A stretch of 64,000 bases of DNA from Syntrophaceae bacterium (GTDB lineage Bacteria > Desulfobacterota > BSN033 > UBA1163): positions 2,356 to 66,355 of the forward strand of contig JACAEX010000033.1 in the NCBI GenBank assembly GCA_013388635.1, in the 5' to 3' direction. A program made the translations under genes and the position numbers. Below the pieces are notes generated by a model. That model saw only the letters and a list, made by a program, of their open reading frames with translations. It made no database searches and was not told where the DNA came from. Position 1 is the stretch's first letter. Each line of letters begins with the position of its first letter. Of the stretch, positions 18,686 through 29,034 are shown piece after piece.

Positions 18686-20194
18686 TTAATTGGCCTTCTT
18701 GGAAACGGAAGCGGCAGACCTTCTCAGGTAATGGGTGATGAAGGGAAGGATGGCTGATAGCAGAACGATGAACCACATCACCTGGCACAGGGTTGAATCC
18801 CAGAGGCCGCTGAGATTGCCTTGGGAGATGATCAGGGCCTGCCTGAGCGATCTTTCCATCACAGGTCCCAAAACCAGGCCGATCACCAGGGGTGCAGGTT
18901 CATAGCCGTACTTTCGCATCAGATAGCCTGTGACTCCAGCTCCGAACATCACCCAGACGTCAAATAGATTGAGATTATCTCCGTAAGCGCCGATCACACA
19001 GAGAACGAGCACGATCGGCATCAGGTATCTCGGAGCAACCCGGACAATCTTTGCGAAGATTCCGACAAGGGGCAGGTTCAGGATCAGGAGCATCGCATTG
19101 CCGAGATAAAAACTTCCGATCACCCCCCAGAAGAGCTCAGGTCGGTCTCGAAGGAGGAAGGGTCCTGGGGTGACTCCGTGAAGGAGCATTCCGCCGAGCA
19201 GCACGGCCGTGGTCGGAGTAAAAGGCAAGCCTAAGGAAAGCAGAGGCACCATGGCCCCTCCTGCAGCTGCATTGTTGGCAGATTCAGGGCCAGCCACCCC
19301 CTCGATAGCCCCTTTGCCGAATTGGTCGCGACGTTTGGAAAGTCGCCGTTCCAGGCTGTAGGAGGCAAAGGCTGCCATGGTCGCAGCAGGTCCAGGCAGG
19401 AGGCCGATCAGGAAGCCTAAGACAGAGCCCCGTGCCATCGGGGCTAAAGAACGCTTCAACTCCTCCCGATCGGGGTAGAGCTCTCGAAATCTGACGGGAA
19501 ACAGCCCCATTGGTTTCTCTTTTTCTGCCATCACGGAGAAGACCTCTGCAACTCCAAAGAGTCCAGTTGTCAGGGCAATAAAACTGATACCTCCCTGTAC
19601 GGATTCAAAACCAAAAGAGAAACGTTCCACACCGCCCACGGGGTCGAACCCAATGGTTGAGAGCATCAAACCGACCATGATCATGATCAAGGATTTCACA
19701 CGGGATTTCCCGGTCAGGTTCGAAAGTAAAATCACACCCAGGACGGTCAGAACAAAATATTCCGCAGGCCCGAAGGCAAGGGCAGACCTTGCCAGCAGCG
19801 GAGCGAAGAACTGCAATGCGATGACGCTGACCGTCCCGGCAACAAAAGAGCCGATGGCTGCGATGGCCAGCGCAGCTCCAGCCCTTCCTTTTTTGGCCAT
19901 TGCATAACCATCCAAGGTTGTGACAACACTGGCAGGCTCTCCAGGGACATTGACGAGGATTGAGGTGGTCGAACCGCCATACATGGAGCCGTAGTAGATA
20001 CCGGCCAGCATGATCAGACCGGCGGTCGGCCCCAGTTTAAGCGTCAAAGGGATGACCAGGGCCATGACAGCCGCAGGGCCAAGCCCGGGCAGCACTCCCA
20101 CCAATGTGCCGACGACCGCACCGGCAAAGCAGGCGAGGAGATTGGCAGGCTGAAAGGCGATCAGAAGAAATGATAAGATGGTGCGGTCAGCCAT
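18686..20194 (-). CDS. tctA: TTT large permease
   Basis: GVLPGLGP, YYGSMYGGS, NVPGEPAS, GVAGPESANNA, GVTPGP. Confidence 0.93.
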   Translation of the reverse strand: MADRTILSFLLIAFQPANLLACFAGAVVGTLVGVLPGLGPAAVMALVIPLTLKLGPTAGLIMLAGIYYGSMYGGSTTSILVNVPGEPASVVTTLDGYAMAKKGRAGAALAIAAIGSFVAGTVSVIALQFFAPLLARSALAFGPAEYFVLTVLGVILLSNLTGKSRVKSLIMIMVGLMLSTIGFDPVGGVERFSFGFESVQGGISFIALTTGLFGVAEVFSVMAEKEKPMGLFPVRFRELYPDREELKRSLAPMARGSVLGFLIGLLPGPAATMAAFASYSLERRLSKRRDQFGKGAIEGVAGPESANNAAAGGAMVPLLSLGLPFTPTTAVLLGGMLLHGVTPGPFLLRDRPELFWGVIGSFYLGNAMLLILNLPLVGIFAKIVRVAPRYLMPIVLVLCVIGAYGDNLNLFDVWVMFGAGVTGYLMRKYGYEPAPLVIGLVLGPVMERSLRQALIISQGNLSGLWDSTLCQVMWFIVLLSAILPFITHYLRRSAASVSKKAN

Positions 20195-20207
20195 GGATCA
20201 TCTCTCT

Positions 20208-20699
20208 CTAAAAAAGGATCCCTCTGGAAAAGGAGAGCTTTAACCAGACCTCGAAGAGGAGGTAACAGAAGAGGTTCGTTCCTGCAGCGAGGGTTACTGG
20301 CCCTTTCCAATCCTTAGCTCCCATCAGTCTGCTGGAGACGATCACGAATAAGAAGGTGGATGTGAAAAAACCAACTAACTTCACCATCGAGAGATAGATG
20401 ATGAAGACCGCAATCATAAGTAGGACTTTTCTCTCTCCTGTATTTCTTTGGAGGATTTCTCTCAAGAATCTTATTTTCTCTTTGCTTCTCTCCTCTTCGG
20501 TCAGCGATCCGGTTTTCCGAAAGGCGCGAATGAACTCAGAGGCAGCCAAGATCACCCATATCCCACCCGCGAGGAGCGGGAAGACCCCAGGCCCGGGGTT
20601 TGCCCACTGGTCCAGGGGATACCTGGTATCGTAGAGCAGAAAAAAGGCTCCACACAGAATCAGGACGAGGCTGCTTGCGATCTCTTTTCGGATCCCCAT
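20208..20699 (-). CDS. tctB: TTT small permease
   Basis: PGPGVFP motif, 4 TM segments, located between tctC and tctA. Confidence 0.88.
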   Translation of the reverse strand: MGIRKEIASSLVLILCGAFFLLYDTRYPLDQWANPGPGVFPLLAGGIWVILAASEFIRAFRKTGSLTEEERSKEKIRFLREILQRNTGERKVLLMIAVFIIYLSMVKLVGFFTSTFLFVIVSSRLMGAKDWKGPVTLAAGTNLFCYLLFEVWLKLSFSRGILF

Positions 20700-20705
20700 A
20701 GAAGG

Positions 20706-21692
20706 CTATTTTGAAAGTCCGGCAGCGATCATGATCTCCTTTGTAATCTTGTCGACCTCACCCACGAACTTGTAAAAGGCTACAGGGTCGAGATACTGGG
20801 GCGTGGTGCCCACGGAGGCAGCGAACTCGGCCCACTCCTTGCTCTCCACCGCTTTCTTGACAATGGCTGTCATCTTATCGATGACCGTTTTGGGCGTTCC
20901 TTTGGGAGCTGCAAACCCCCTCCACTGGTCAAAGACCAGGTCCACGCCCGATTCCTTCATGGTGGGCACGTTTGGCCAGATGCTAATCCGTTTCTCACTG
21001 GTCACCGCCAGAACTCGAACCTCTCCTGCTTTGACCTGGCTCAGGATCTCTGCAGGATGCTGGCTCGAGGCATCGATCTTACCGCCCATCAGGGCAGCCA
21101 CGGCCAGTCCGGTGCCAAATGGAACATGAACGAGCGGTGCGCCAATCTTGGCAGCCATGGCTACTGGTACCATGTGGGTCACGCTTCCGATTCCGGAGTT
21201 GCCCACGGTGACCTTATTGGGGTTCTGTCTGATATAGGCAACGAATTCCTTAAAGTCTTTCCATGGAGCTGTCTTATTGACTGCAATCGCAACCGTCTCA
21301 AAACCGACTCCGGCGATATGCTCGAATGCCCGATAGTCAAAAGAGATCTGTTTTCTCGCCGCCAGGGTATTGATGGCACCGGAATACCAGATCAGGGTAT
21401 AGCCATCGGGTTTTGCCCGATGGACCTCATTGTAGGCGATCGCTCCGCCAGCGCCTGTCACATTGCGAACCACTAAGGGCTGACCGAGATCCCGCGAGAT
21501 GATCTCGGCGAGCTTCCGAGCCTGTATATCGGCAGCTCCTCCGGCTCCAAACGGATTGATCAACTCCACCTGTTTCTCGGGCCATGCCTCCTTCGCCAGG
21601 CTGCTCCCAGCGCCCCACACCAGTATGGCTGTCAATAGGGTTAAGAAGAGCCATCTCCAATAGGTCTTTAAAGCGGCATCCTTTCTCAACAT
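20706..21692 (-). CDS. tctC: TTT substrate-binding protein
   Basis: WPEKQVELINPFGAGG, NVTGAGG, PDGYTL, WRGFAAPKGTP. Confidence 0.9.
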   Translation of the reverse strand: MLRKDAALKTYWRWLFLTLLTAILVWGAGSSLAKEAWPEKQVELINPFGAGGAADIQARKLAEIISRDLGQPLVVRNVTGAGGAIAYNEVHRAKPDGYTLIWYSGAINTLAARKQISFDYRAFEHIAGVGFETVAIAVNKTAPWKDFKEFVAYIRQNPNKVTVGNSGIGSVTHMVPVAMAAKIGAPLVHVPFGTGLAVAALMGGKIDASSQHPAEILSQVKAGEVRVLAVTSEKRISIWPNVPTMKESGVDLVFDQWRGFAAPKGTPKTVIDKMTAIVKKAVESKEWAEFAASVGTTPQYLDPVAFYKFVGEVDKITKEIMIAAGLSK

Positions 21693-21744
21693 GGTCGTCC
21701 TCCTTTCCTTACTCTGGATCGGTCGTCAAAGATGGATCCGAGGC

Positions 21745-22665
21745 CTACAGCATGGCCCAGGCCTCTTTGATCACCCGCTTTGTGTTTGCGATGATCACTT
21801 CGGATGTCTCCTCCGCAAGAAGTGGTCTGACCTCCGCACTGAGCACCGACCTTTTCTGCGGATTCAGAAGCTTCATATCGAGCAGGAGTTTGAAGAAGTC
21901 TCTCACCTGGGCGGTGTCGATCTCGCCGCCCGGCATTCCGAACCGGGGTTGCAGGTCACCGTAGGTCGGATCCCTCCGGTTGCGGAATGAACAATTTCCA
22001 ATGTGGAAGTGGAGAGGAAACTGCTTGACCAGCGGCAGCGCCTGATCCGGTGTCTCCCTGAGCAAGGGGAAATGGGAGAGGTCTGCAAGGACGCCAAAAT
22101 TTTTAAACTCCTTGCGAACCTCGGCTGCCACCTCGGCTGCATCCTTGAAATGGCCGATGAGAAAACATTTGTCGATGTCGTAGTCGAAGACTTTCAGGTA
22201 GATCTCCATCGGGCCCTGTTCCTTCGTGTACTGGCAAACTTCTTTGAGCGAGTCGATGAGAATCTTTTTGGCCTCTTCCTTTTTCTCCTCTCCGGGATGC
22301 TTTCCTGAAAAGACCCGGATGCAGGAGGCCCCGAGATCAAAGGCCTCGTTGGTTCCATTCTTCATCGCGTTGATCGCCCTTCTTCGCTCCTTTGGATCGA
22401 GGGCATTGAGATCGAGCTTGTTGCTGAACATCCTCGGCTGGTTGGCATAGCAGACCTCCATGTGAGAGGTCTCAAGGAGCTTGCGGGCCTCATTCCGCAC
22501 CTTGACATCTTTTATCCAGCCCACCTCCACAGCCGTCCAGAAGTCGTCCTCCACAATCTTCCGGAGCGTCTCGACAACAGGCCCTTCTCCCTCCGAGACC
22601 TGTGGAAATGCCTTGAAGTGCACGATCCCCAGTTTCATGTAACGATAGATTGAGAAATTTTCCAT
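21745..22665 (-). CDS. Xylose-isomerase-like TIM-barrel protein (sugar phosphate isomerase/epimerase family)
   Basis: DLSH, HFHIGN, YGDLQPRFG, AEVRP. Start MENF at 22665 after GAGGAGGAG. Confidence 0.75.
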   Translation of the reverse strand: MENFSIYRYMKLGIVHFKAFPQVSEGEGPVVETLRKIVEDDFWTAVEVGWIKDVKVRNEARKLLETSHMEVCYANQPRMFSNKLDLNALDPKERRRAINAMKNGTNEAFDLGASCIRVFSGKHPGEEKKEEAKKILIDSLKEVCQYTKEQGPMEIYLKVFDYDIDKCFLIGHFKDAAEVAAEVRKEFKNFGVLADLSHFPLLRETPDQALPLVKQFPLHFHIGNCSFRNRRDPTYGDLQPRFGMPGGEIDTAQVRDFFKLLLDMKLLNPQKRSVLSAEVRPLLAEETSEVIIANTKRVIKEAWAML

Positions 22666-22690
22666 CGATCTCCTCCTCAAAACTTACGAA

Positions 22691-23827
22691 TCAATGAACC
22701 TTGACCACGACCTTGATCGCATCTCCGATCCTCTCACGAAAGTATTTGAAGGCGGTCGGCAGCTCCTCCAGGGGAAAGGTGTGGGTATGGATCAGCTTGG
22801 CATCAAAACGTTTCTGCGCCATCAGCGCGGCCGCGCGATGGGTAGCGCTTCGGCCTTCACCCCGGATGCCGAAGACATAAATATTGTTGCGCACTAATTT
22901 GGCAAGATCCACGGGCACCGCCTCTCCGGGGAAGGCGGCCAGACAGATCCGGCCTCCCCGGTTGACCATGTCCATCGCCTCGTTCAGGGCATTGGGAGCG
23001 CCTGAACATTCCATCACGTAATGGACCCCTCTGCCTTTGGTGATCCGCTTCACCGCCTCAACGGGATCCTCATTTTTGACGTTGATCACGTGGTCCGCAC
23101 CTAACCTGGTCCCCAGGTTCAGTCTGGAGTCCCGTGTCCCTGTGAGGATCACAGGCTGGGCTCCTAAGGCCTTGCCCACGGCCACGCTCATCAGCCCGAT
23201 CGGGCCAGGGCCGGTCACAACCAGGCTCTCTCCCGCAATCAGACCACCCAGGACATCGAGACCGTACATCGCTGTCCCAGCGGTGACGATCAGTGTGGCC
23301 TCCTCATCACTCATGCCATCGGGCACATGGACCAGCGTATTGATATGGTTGACCGCATACTCTGCGAAACCACCATCGGTCGTGAAGCCATTGGCACGGT
23401 GGCCCTTGTTCTGCTCACCATAGTTTAAGCCATAATTGAGACAGGACGTATACATGCCCATCCGACATCTCTCACAACGGCCGCAGCCGGCGTGGATCTC
23501 CACTGCGATGCGATCCCCGATTTCGTATTCGTCCACGCCTGGCCCGAGTTTGACCACAGTGCCCATATATTCATGGCCTGGTGTGAAATTCTTATGGAAA
23601 GGGAGCCCCCCCTTTACCCACGCAGGCAGGCCTTTGGTCAGGATCTCCACGTCTGTTCCGCAGATCGCAACCGCATCAATGCGCACCAGGACCTCGGCAG
23701 GCCCTGGTTCCGGAACCGGTTTTTCGACCAGTCGCAGTTCTTCCGGACCATCCAGAACCCATGCCTTCATGGTTTTGGGAACTGAGAGGCCCTCTTTTTG
23801 ATCGGACGTTCTCATCACTGCCTCCAT
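22691..23827 (-). CDS. Zn-dependent medium-chain alcohol dehydrogenase
   Basis: ICGTD, PGHEYMG, CGRCERC...C structural Zn site, GPGPIG, ECSGA. Confidence 0.92.
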   Translation of the reverse strand: MEAVMRTSDQKEGLSVPKTMKAWVLDGPEELRLVEKPVPEPGPAEVLVRIDAVAICGTDVEILTKGLPAWVKGGLPFHKNFTPGHEYMGTVVKLGPGVDEYEIGDRIAVEIHAGCGRCERCRMGMYTSCLNYGLNYGEQNKGHRANGFTTDGGFAEYAVNHINTLVHVPDGMSDEEATLIVTAGTAMYGLDVLGGLIAGESLVVTGPGPIGLMSVAVGKALGAQPVILTGTRDSRLNLGTRLGADHVINVKNEDPVEAVKRITKGRGVHYVMECSGAPNALNEAMDMVNRGGRICLAAFPGEAVPVDLAKLVRNNIYVFGIRGEGRSATHRAAALMAQKRFDAKLIHTHTFPLEELPTAFKYFRERIGDAIKVVVKVH

Positions 23828-23830
23828 TTT

Positions 23831-24724
23831 CTATCCTTTCCAGAATCGACCGGGCCAATCCCTCTTCTCATCCGGGACCTTGAAATCGAACTTCTTTACC
23901 TCTTCGAGGAAGGCGGCCAGGTGGTCGCTGATCCTCTCGAAAATGGCAATGCCCTGCTTCTCACTCGACCTGAGCGGGTTGCCGATGGTCGCCGTGTCCG
24001 AGTACTCGTGGTGGAGCATCGGGACGAAGATATTCTCAGACCCCTGAAAGATGACGGTGTTGGTCCCATCCTTCTTGGAGAAGGCAGGCCCCATCCACTT
24101 TGGGGCGTGGGCACGATCGGGTTTGGCCCGCTCCATGAAGACCGAGCCCTCATAGATTCCCTTCTCCTTCATATAGGCAATGGTCGTGGAGGTCTCGAGC
24201 TCTCCTGCATGCCAGCCAGGTGTCTCCTCAGGAGGACCCTGGAGAACGTCAGCGACCACCGCGCATTCCCTCTCCGTAGGGGTCTTGTAGTAGGCACAGA
24301 AGCAACCGGTCTCAGCCCTCAGGGTGCGAAGGACCTCTCCCTGAGCACCCATGTTGGTGCCATGATGGGAGACATAGACCAGTTTGTTGAAGCCTGCGAA
24401 GATCAGGCTGCGGCCGATCGCATAGAGAACCTGACGGTAGACCTCGGCAGGAAGGGAGATGCTGCCTGTGCCCCAACCCGGCTCGCCCATATGGTGAGGC
24501 GAGAGGCCAAAGGGCAGGAGCGGAGTATAGAGGACTTTGGCCTTTATCGCAGCCCTCTCCACGCTTCCCATCGTGGTGTAGGAATCGACTCCAAGGGGTA
24601 CATGGCTGCCATGCTTTTCGCAGCTGCCAACAGGAATCATGACGACGTCATTGCCTGCCTTCAGATATTCGGCGATGTCCGTCCAGGGTAGCTCCAATAG
24701 GTTGTACTTTTTTAGTTTTGCCAT
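23831..24724 (-). CDS. Creatininase-family hydrolase
   Basis: PVGSCEKHGSHVPLGVD, SPHHMG, SHHGTN, WHAGELETS, GNP. Confidence 0.88.
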   Translation of the reverse strand: MAKLKKYNLLELPWTDIAEYLKAGNDVVMIPVGSCEKHGSHVPLGVDSYTTMGSVERAAIKAKVLYTPLLPFGLSPHHMGEPGWGTGSISLPAEVYRQVLYAIGRSLIFAGFNKLVYVSHHGTNMGAQGEVLRTLRAETGCFCAYYKTPTERECAVVADVLQGPPEETPGWHAGELETSTTIAYMKEKGIYEGSVFMERAKPDRAHAPKWMGPAFSKKDGTNTVIFQGSENIFVPMLHHEYSDTATIGNPLRSSEKQGIAIFERISDHLAAFLEEVKKFDFKVPDEKRDWPGRFWKG

Positions 24725-24763
24725 CTTGACTCTCCTTTCTTCTCGTTTTAGTCATCATTCTTC

Positions 24764-25369
24764 TTAGCCGTTAACGCTATGAAGAAATGCGACCTTTGCG
24801 CAATCCTCCACCAGGTCGGCAATGTAATAGGCGCTTTCAAGATCAGGTCCGACTGCAATGATGCCGTGGCCTTTGAGAAGGTAGGCCTTGGCCTCCATAC
24901 TCTCTTTCACTGTCTCTGTCACATAATCGCACAGCTCCTTCGTTCCCATAAAGGCAAATTGGACCAGAGGGACCTTCGCGAGATTGACCATTCCGGGCGC
25001 GGTCAGAATGGGAAGGGGTTTATCTTTCAAAGAGAGGGCAGTGGCAAAGGGAGGATGGAGATGGGCAATCGCCATCACATCCCCTCTCAATCGATAGATG
25101 GACGTGTGGAAGGGTGTCTCTTTGGAGGGTTTTAAATCCTTCTTACCCTTCAGGAGATTTCCTTCGATGTCCACTTCAATAATGATCTCGGGTGTGATAT
25201 CTCTTAACGATATCCCACTCGGGGTGATGAGCACACGTTCGGTTTCAGGAATTCGAATGCTGAGATTTCCTCCCCTGGCTGCCACCAATCCCCTCTCATA
25301 GGAGAGGCGCGAAAATCTGGCCAGATCATTCTTATATTTGCTCAGTTTATCTCTCTTTTTCTTAACCAT
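24764..25369 (-). CDS. Class II aldolase/adducin family protein
   Basis: GGNLSIR, ITPSG, PSKETPFH, HLHPPFA, LLKGHG. Confidence 0.9.
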   Translation of the reverse strand: MVKKKRDKLSKYKNDLARFSRLSYERGLVAARGGNLSIRIPETERVLITPSGISLRDITPEIIIEVDIEGNLLKGKKDLKPSKETPFHTSIYRLRGDVMAIAHLHPPFATALSLKDKPLPILTAPGMVNLAKVPLVQFAFMGTKELCDYVTETVKESMEAKAYLLKGHGIIAVGPDLESAYYIADLVEDCAKVAFLHSVNG

Positions 25370-26873
25370 TTGGTTTCATCCTTCTACGGGACAAGAGATG
25401 GAATCGATTTCTGAAGAAGGGGATTTCCTTCAGGGTCAAATAGATCAGGATCAGGATCAGGATGATGCAGATCGGCCTGGTGAAGAAGGGGAGAAAGGAG
25501 TAACTGCTCGTCAGGATAGCCCTGCGGAACTGGACATCGATCAGATCTCCCAGGACCATTCCCAGGACCAGCGGAGCGACATCGAACCCAAAACGCCTCA
25601 TCAACAGACCCAGAATGCCGAAGAGGAAAGAAAGGTAGACATCGAACATATTGGAATTGACCGCATAAGACCCGATGGTGCAGAGGATGATGACCACGGT
25701 CATCACCGCCCTTCTCGGCAGTTGCAGGATCTTTGACATCGGCTTGGCCAAAGAGAATCCCTGGAGCGCAAACATGATGTTGCTCGCAAAATGGATCGCA
25801 ACGACCGCATAGATCCAGTGGGGCTGCTCGATCCACATGGAGGGCCCTGGCCTCAGACCGTGGACCAGCATCATTCCCAAGACAATGGCGGTCGTGGCAT
25901 CTCCTGGGATCGCCAGTGTAAGCAGAGGCAGATAGACACCTGCGCAACAGGCATTGTTGGCTGTCTCTGCACCGATGATGCCCTCAGGATTTCCCTTCCC
26001 AAACATTTCTGGATGCTTGCTCGACCGTTTGGCATGGTCATAACCCACCCAGGCAGCAATATTGGCACCGGTGCCTGGCAGCGCTCCGATCAGAAAGCCG
26101 AGGAAGGTCACCTTTATGGTGAGCCACATCCCCCGGAGATATTGATGAAGAGGTGGAAGGACACCGCTCTTCCCCTGAATCGCTTTTCCCTCTGTGGTCT
26201 GGATGAATTCTGACAGGGCCTCTGCCACGCCGTAAAGGCCGATCAGTGCTGGAATATAGGAGATGCCGCCTTCGATCTGGGTGATTCCGAATGTGTAACG
26301 GAGCGTCCCGTGAAGGGGATCCACGCCTACGAGGGAGAAGAGGATGCCGATGATCCCGGCGATCAGCCCCTTGATCGTTGAGCCTGCGGAAAGGTTGGCG
26401 CAGACAAAGATGCCAAAGATGGAGAACCAGAAATATTCCCAGGGGCCAAATTTCAGGGCCAGCTCTGCGACCAGAGGGGCGGAGAACAAGAGGATCAATG
26501 TTCCGATGATTCCTCCTGTGAAGGATTGGAGCGTGCTGATCCCGATCGCCCTGCCTGCTTCACCCCTGAGGGCCATGGGGTAGGCCTCCAGAGCTGTCGC
26601 AGCGGCTGCAGGTGTTCCAGGGACATTGAGGAGGGTTGCTGAGAGGCTTCCACCGTAAGTCGAGGCGGTATAGGCTGCAATCAGGACCAGCATGCCGTTG
26701 AAGGGCGACATCCCATAGGTCAGGGAGACGAGCAGGGAGATCGTCATCGTGCTCGAGATTCCAGGCATGGCACCGCAAAGGAGCCCGAGGAAGCTGAACC
26801 CTGCGAGCATCAGAAGCCTGCCAGGCGTGAGGATGTCAAGAAATTGGTTGAAGAGAAGACCTGCATCGATCAT
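25362..26873 (-). CDS. tctA: TTT large permease
   Basis: GAMPGISS, YGGSLSA..NVPGTP, ETANNA, IPGDA, GLRPGP. Confidence 0.92.
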   Translation of the reverse strand: MIDAGLLFNQFLDILTPGRLLMLAGFSFLGLLCGAMPGISSTMTISLLVSLTYGMSPFNGMLVLIAAYTASTYGGSLSATLLNVPGTPAAAATALEAYPMALRGEAGRAIGISTLQSFTGGIIGTLILLFSAPLVAELALKFGPWEYFWFSIFGIFVCANLSAGSTIKGLIAGIIGILFSLVGVDPLHGTLRYTFGITQIEGGISYIPALIGLYGVAEALSEFIQTTEGKAIQGKSGVLPPLHQYLRGMWLTIKVTFLGFLIGALPGTGANIAAWVGYDHAKRSSKHPEMFGKGNPEGIIGAETANNACCAGVYLPLLTLAIPGDATTAIVLGMMLVHGLRPGPSMWIEQPHWIYAVVAIHFASNIMFALQGFSLAKPMSKILQLPRRAVMTVVIILCTIGSYAVNSNMFDVYLSFLFGILGLLMRRFGFDVAPLVLGMVLGDLIDVQFRRAILTSSYSFLPFFTRPICIILILILIYLTLKEIPFFRNRFHLLSRRRMKPNG

Positions 26874-27403
26874 AAATAGGTCCGGCCAATCATGAATTTT
26901 AATAGATATTCAAAGACCCCGAGCCTCAGGGGCAATCCGAAGATACAGGAAAAGATTGCGAAGAGACCGACCACCGTTGTAAAAGCGACGATGACTGCGT
27001 AATACCATTTGATACGGGGTGCATAGATCCGGATTCCAATCACGACGAATAATAGACTTGCGGGATAGAATTGGAGGTAAGAGATGCTTACAATGAATAG
27101 AAGAACAAAGGCAATGGTGAAGAGGGCTCTATGAAATTCACGGTTTTTTAAAAAGAGAAAGAGATGGAGAAAGGCCTTCCCATTCGACCCCGCTCCGAAG
27201 AATCTTCCGCCCTGGCTCCGGGCCTTGATCATAAGGCCAGATCCCAATCCTGCCAGAATGATCGACAGGCCTATTGGAACCGCTGCTGGAGCATCGATCC
27301 AGCGGCCCGGGATGGGTAGAGAGGCGCTGTAAAGGATCAGAAAGATAGCCACGCCTATGATCAGGATTCCAAGAAAGAGATCCTCTCTGGGCTGATCGGC
27401 CAT
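26870..27403 (-). CDS. tctB: TTT small permease
   Basis: 4 TM segments, overlaps the tctA start. Probable start MADQ after GGAG. Confidence 0.8.
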   Translation of the reverse strand: MADQPREDLFLGILIIGVAIFLILYSASLPIPGRWIDAPAAVPIGLSIILAGLGSGLMIKARSQGGRFFGAGSNGKAFLHLFLFLKNREFHRALFTIAFVLLFIVSISYLQFYPASLLFVVIGIRIYAPRIKWYYAVIVAFTTVVGLFAIFSCIFGLPLRLGVFEYLLKFMIGRTYL

Positions 27404-27505
27404 GGGTTTGCTCCGGCTCGTTCTTTTGGAGACTAATGCGTAAAAGGATGGGAGGAATGGCACGATCGATTAAAAGATGTAAAAACCATCCCTCCCTTAG
27501 CCCCT

Positions 27506-28543
27506 TTACTCCTTATATCGCTCGATCTTGACCGTCTCAGGGCTTCTTGCAGCTGCGCCCAGGTCGTAAAGAAGCCAGCTGACCACCCGGGTTCCAATCT
27601 CAGCCTGTTGATCCGCTTCCTTGCCAAAGACCCGTGCCGGGATCCAGTTTCGCTTCTTCAGGATTTCCATGAACTCAGGATCCTTTTCCACTGCAAACCT
27701 GGCTGCCTCCACCATCTTCTCGATATATTTCTCAGGCACATCCCGATGATAGCAGAGACCTCGGGAGCCTTTGATCGAGATCAACACCTTCTCCGAAATC
27801 CCGGGCACAAACTGGGTGATCGGAGGGATATCGGGCAATCCCTCTATCTTGAAGGGTTTTGTATCCATCACAGCCAGGGCCCTGAGGCGTTTCTCCTTCA
27901 GAAGGTTGAAGGATTCACCGATGTCGCTCATCCCGACCAGCGTCTCTCCCTTCATCGCTGCAACGGCTGAAGGGTAGCCACCGCCCTGAGAGACCGGGAT
28001 GAATTTTTTGGCTCCTATCTTATTGGCAAAAAGGGCCAGCCCCTGATACCAGGGTCCTCCCACATATTCGAAGGCTATTGGAATGCTCTCCTCCTTCATC
28101 TTCTTGATCAGGTCGTCCATCGTCTTGAGAGGGGAGTTGTAAGCTGTATTGAAGGTGGAAATCCCAAGGGCTGTCTGGGCCACCATTCGGTAATCCCGAT
28201 AAGTGAAGTCGGAGAGACCGGTGGCTGGCATTGCATAGAAGCCCGTGGTCCAGCCAAGCAGGGTATAGCCGTCTTTGGGTTGATTGAAGACGTAGCGCAT
28301 GGCCACGCCTCCTCCCGCGCCCTCCATATTGACAACCGCAATGGGAACGCCCAGAAATTTTTCCATTCCTGACTTGATCGCACGAATGCTGAGGTCGGTT
28401 CCCCCTCCTGCCTTGAATGGGATGACCACGGTGATCGGCCGGGTGGGCCATTTCTCCTCTGCGGCAAAGGATGAAATGGAAATGAACAGAAGGCTGAGAG
28501 CCGCCATTCCAATGGCCATCTTGAAGATTCTGCTTCGTTTCAT
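27506..28543 (-). CDS. tctC: TTT substrate-binding protein
   Basis: WPTRPITVVIPFKAGGGTD, NMEGAGG, DGYTLL. Confidence 0.88.
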   Translation of the reverse strand: MKRSRIFKMAIGMAALSLLFISISSFAAEEKWPTRPITVVIPFKAGGGTDLSIRAIKSGMEKFLGVPIAVVNMEGAGGGVAMRYVFNQPKDGYTLLGWTTGFYAMPATGLSDFTYRDYRMVAQTALGISTFNTAYNSPLKTMDDLIKKMKEESIPIAFEYVGGPWYQGLALFANKIGAKKFIPVSQGGGYPSAVAAMKGETLVGMSDIGESFNLLKEKRLRALAVMDTKPFKIEGLPDIPPITQFVPGISEKVLISIKGSRGLCYHRDVPEKYIEKMVEAARFAVEKDPEFMEILKKRNWIPARVFGKEADQQAEIGTRVVSWLLYDLGAAARSPETVKIERYKE

Positions 28544-28582
28544 CTCTCTCTCCTTTCTCGAAGAAATAGGGTTTAGACTATC

Positions 28583-28990
28583 TCACACCCATGGGTCCTC
28601 TAAGTAGACCGTGCCTGCGGCCTCTTTGCTCGGGCAGTTTCCGTAGGTGAAGATCAGCTCTGCTGTCTCGGTATTGCTCATGTTCAACAGACCGTGAATC
28701 CCTCCTGCAGGCGAGAAGACGATATGGTTCTCCGGAACGATGTACTCCTTCTTCTCCTCGCCGATGAAGACCTTGATCGTCCCCTTTCTGACAAAGAAAG
28801 CGGCATCGCAGTTGGCGTGGTAATGGCGCTGGTTCCTGCCGCCTGGCGGGATGATGGTCCTGCCCATGGTGATCGTCTTCGTTCCGGTGGTGAACTGGTC
28901 GACTCCCCAGGCGATGATGAGGGGAGGTTCATACTTGGTGTCCTTGTCCACCTTGTCTGTGTTGATGATCCTTGGTTCAAGCTTTGACAT
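28583..28990 (-). CDS. Cupin domain protein
   Basis: RHYHANCD...PAGGIHGLLN. Confidence 0.82.
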   Translation of the reverse strand: MSKLEPRIINTDKVDKDTKYEPPLIIAWGVDQFTTGTKTITMGRTIIPPGGRNQRHYHANCDAAFFVRKGTIKVFIGEEKKEYIVPENHIVFSPAGGIHGLLNMSNTETAELIFTYGNCPSKEAAGTVYLEDPWV

Positions 28991-29034
28991 CTTCCTTTCC
29001 TCCTCCTGAACGAATTAAGTATAGTAAAACTCCC

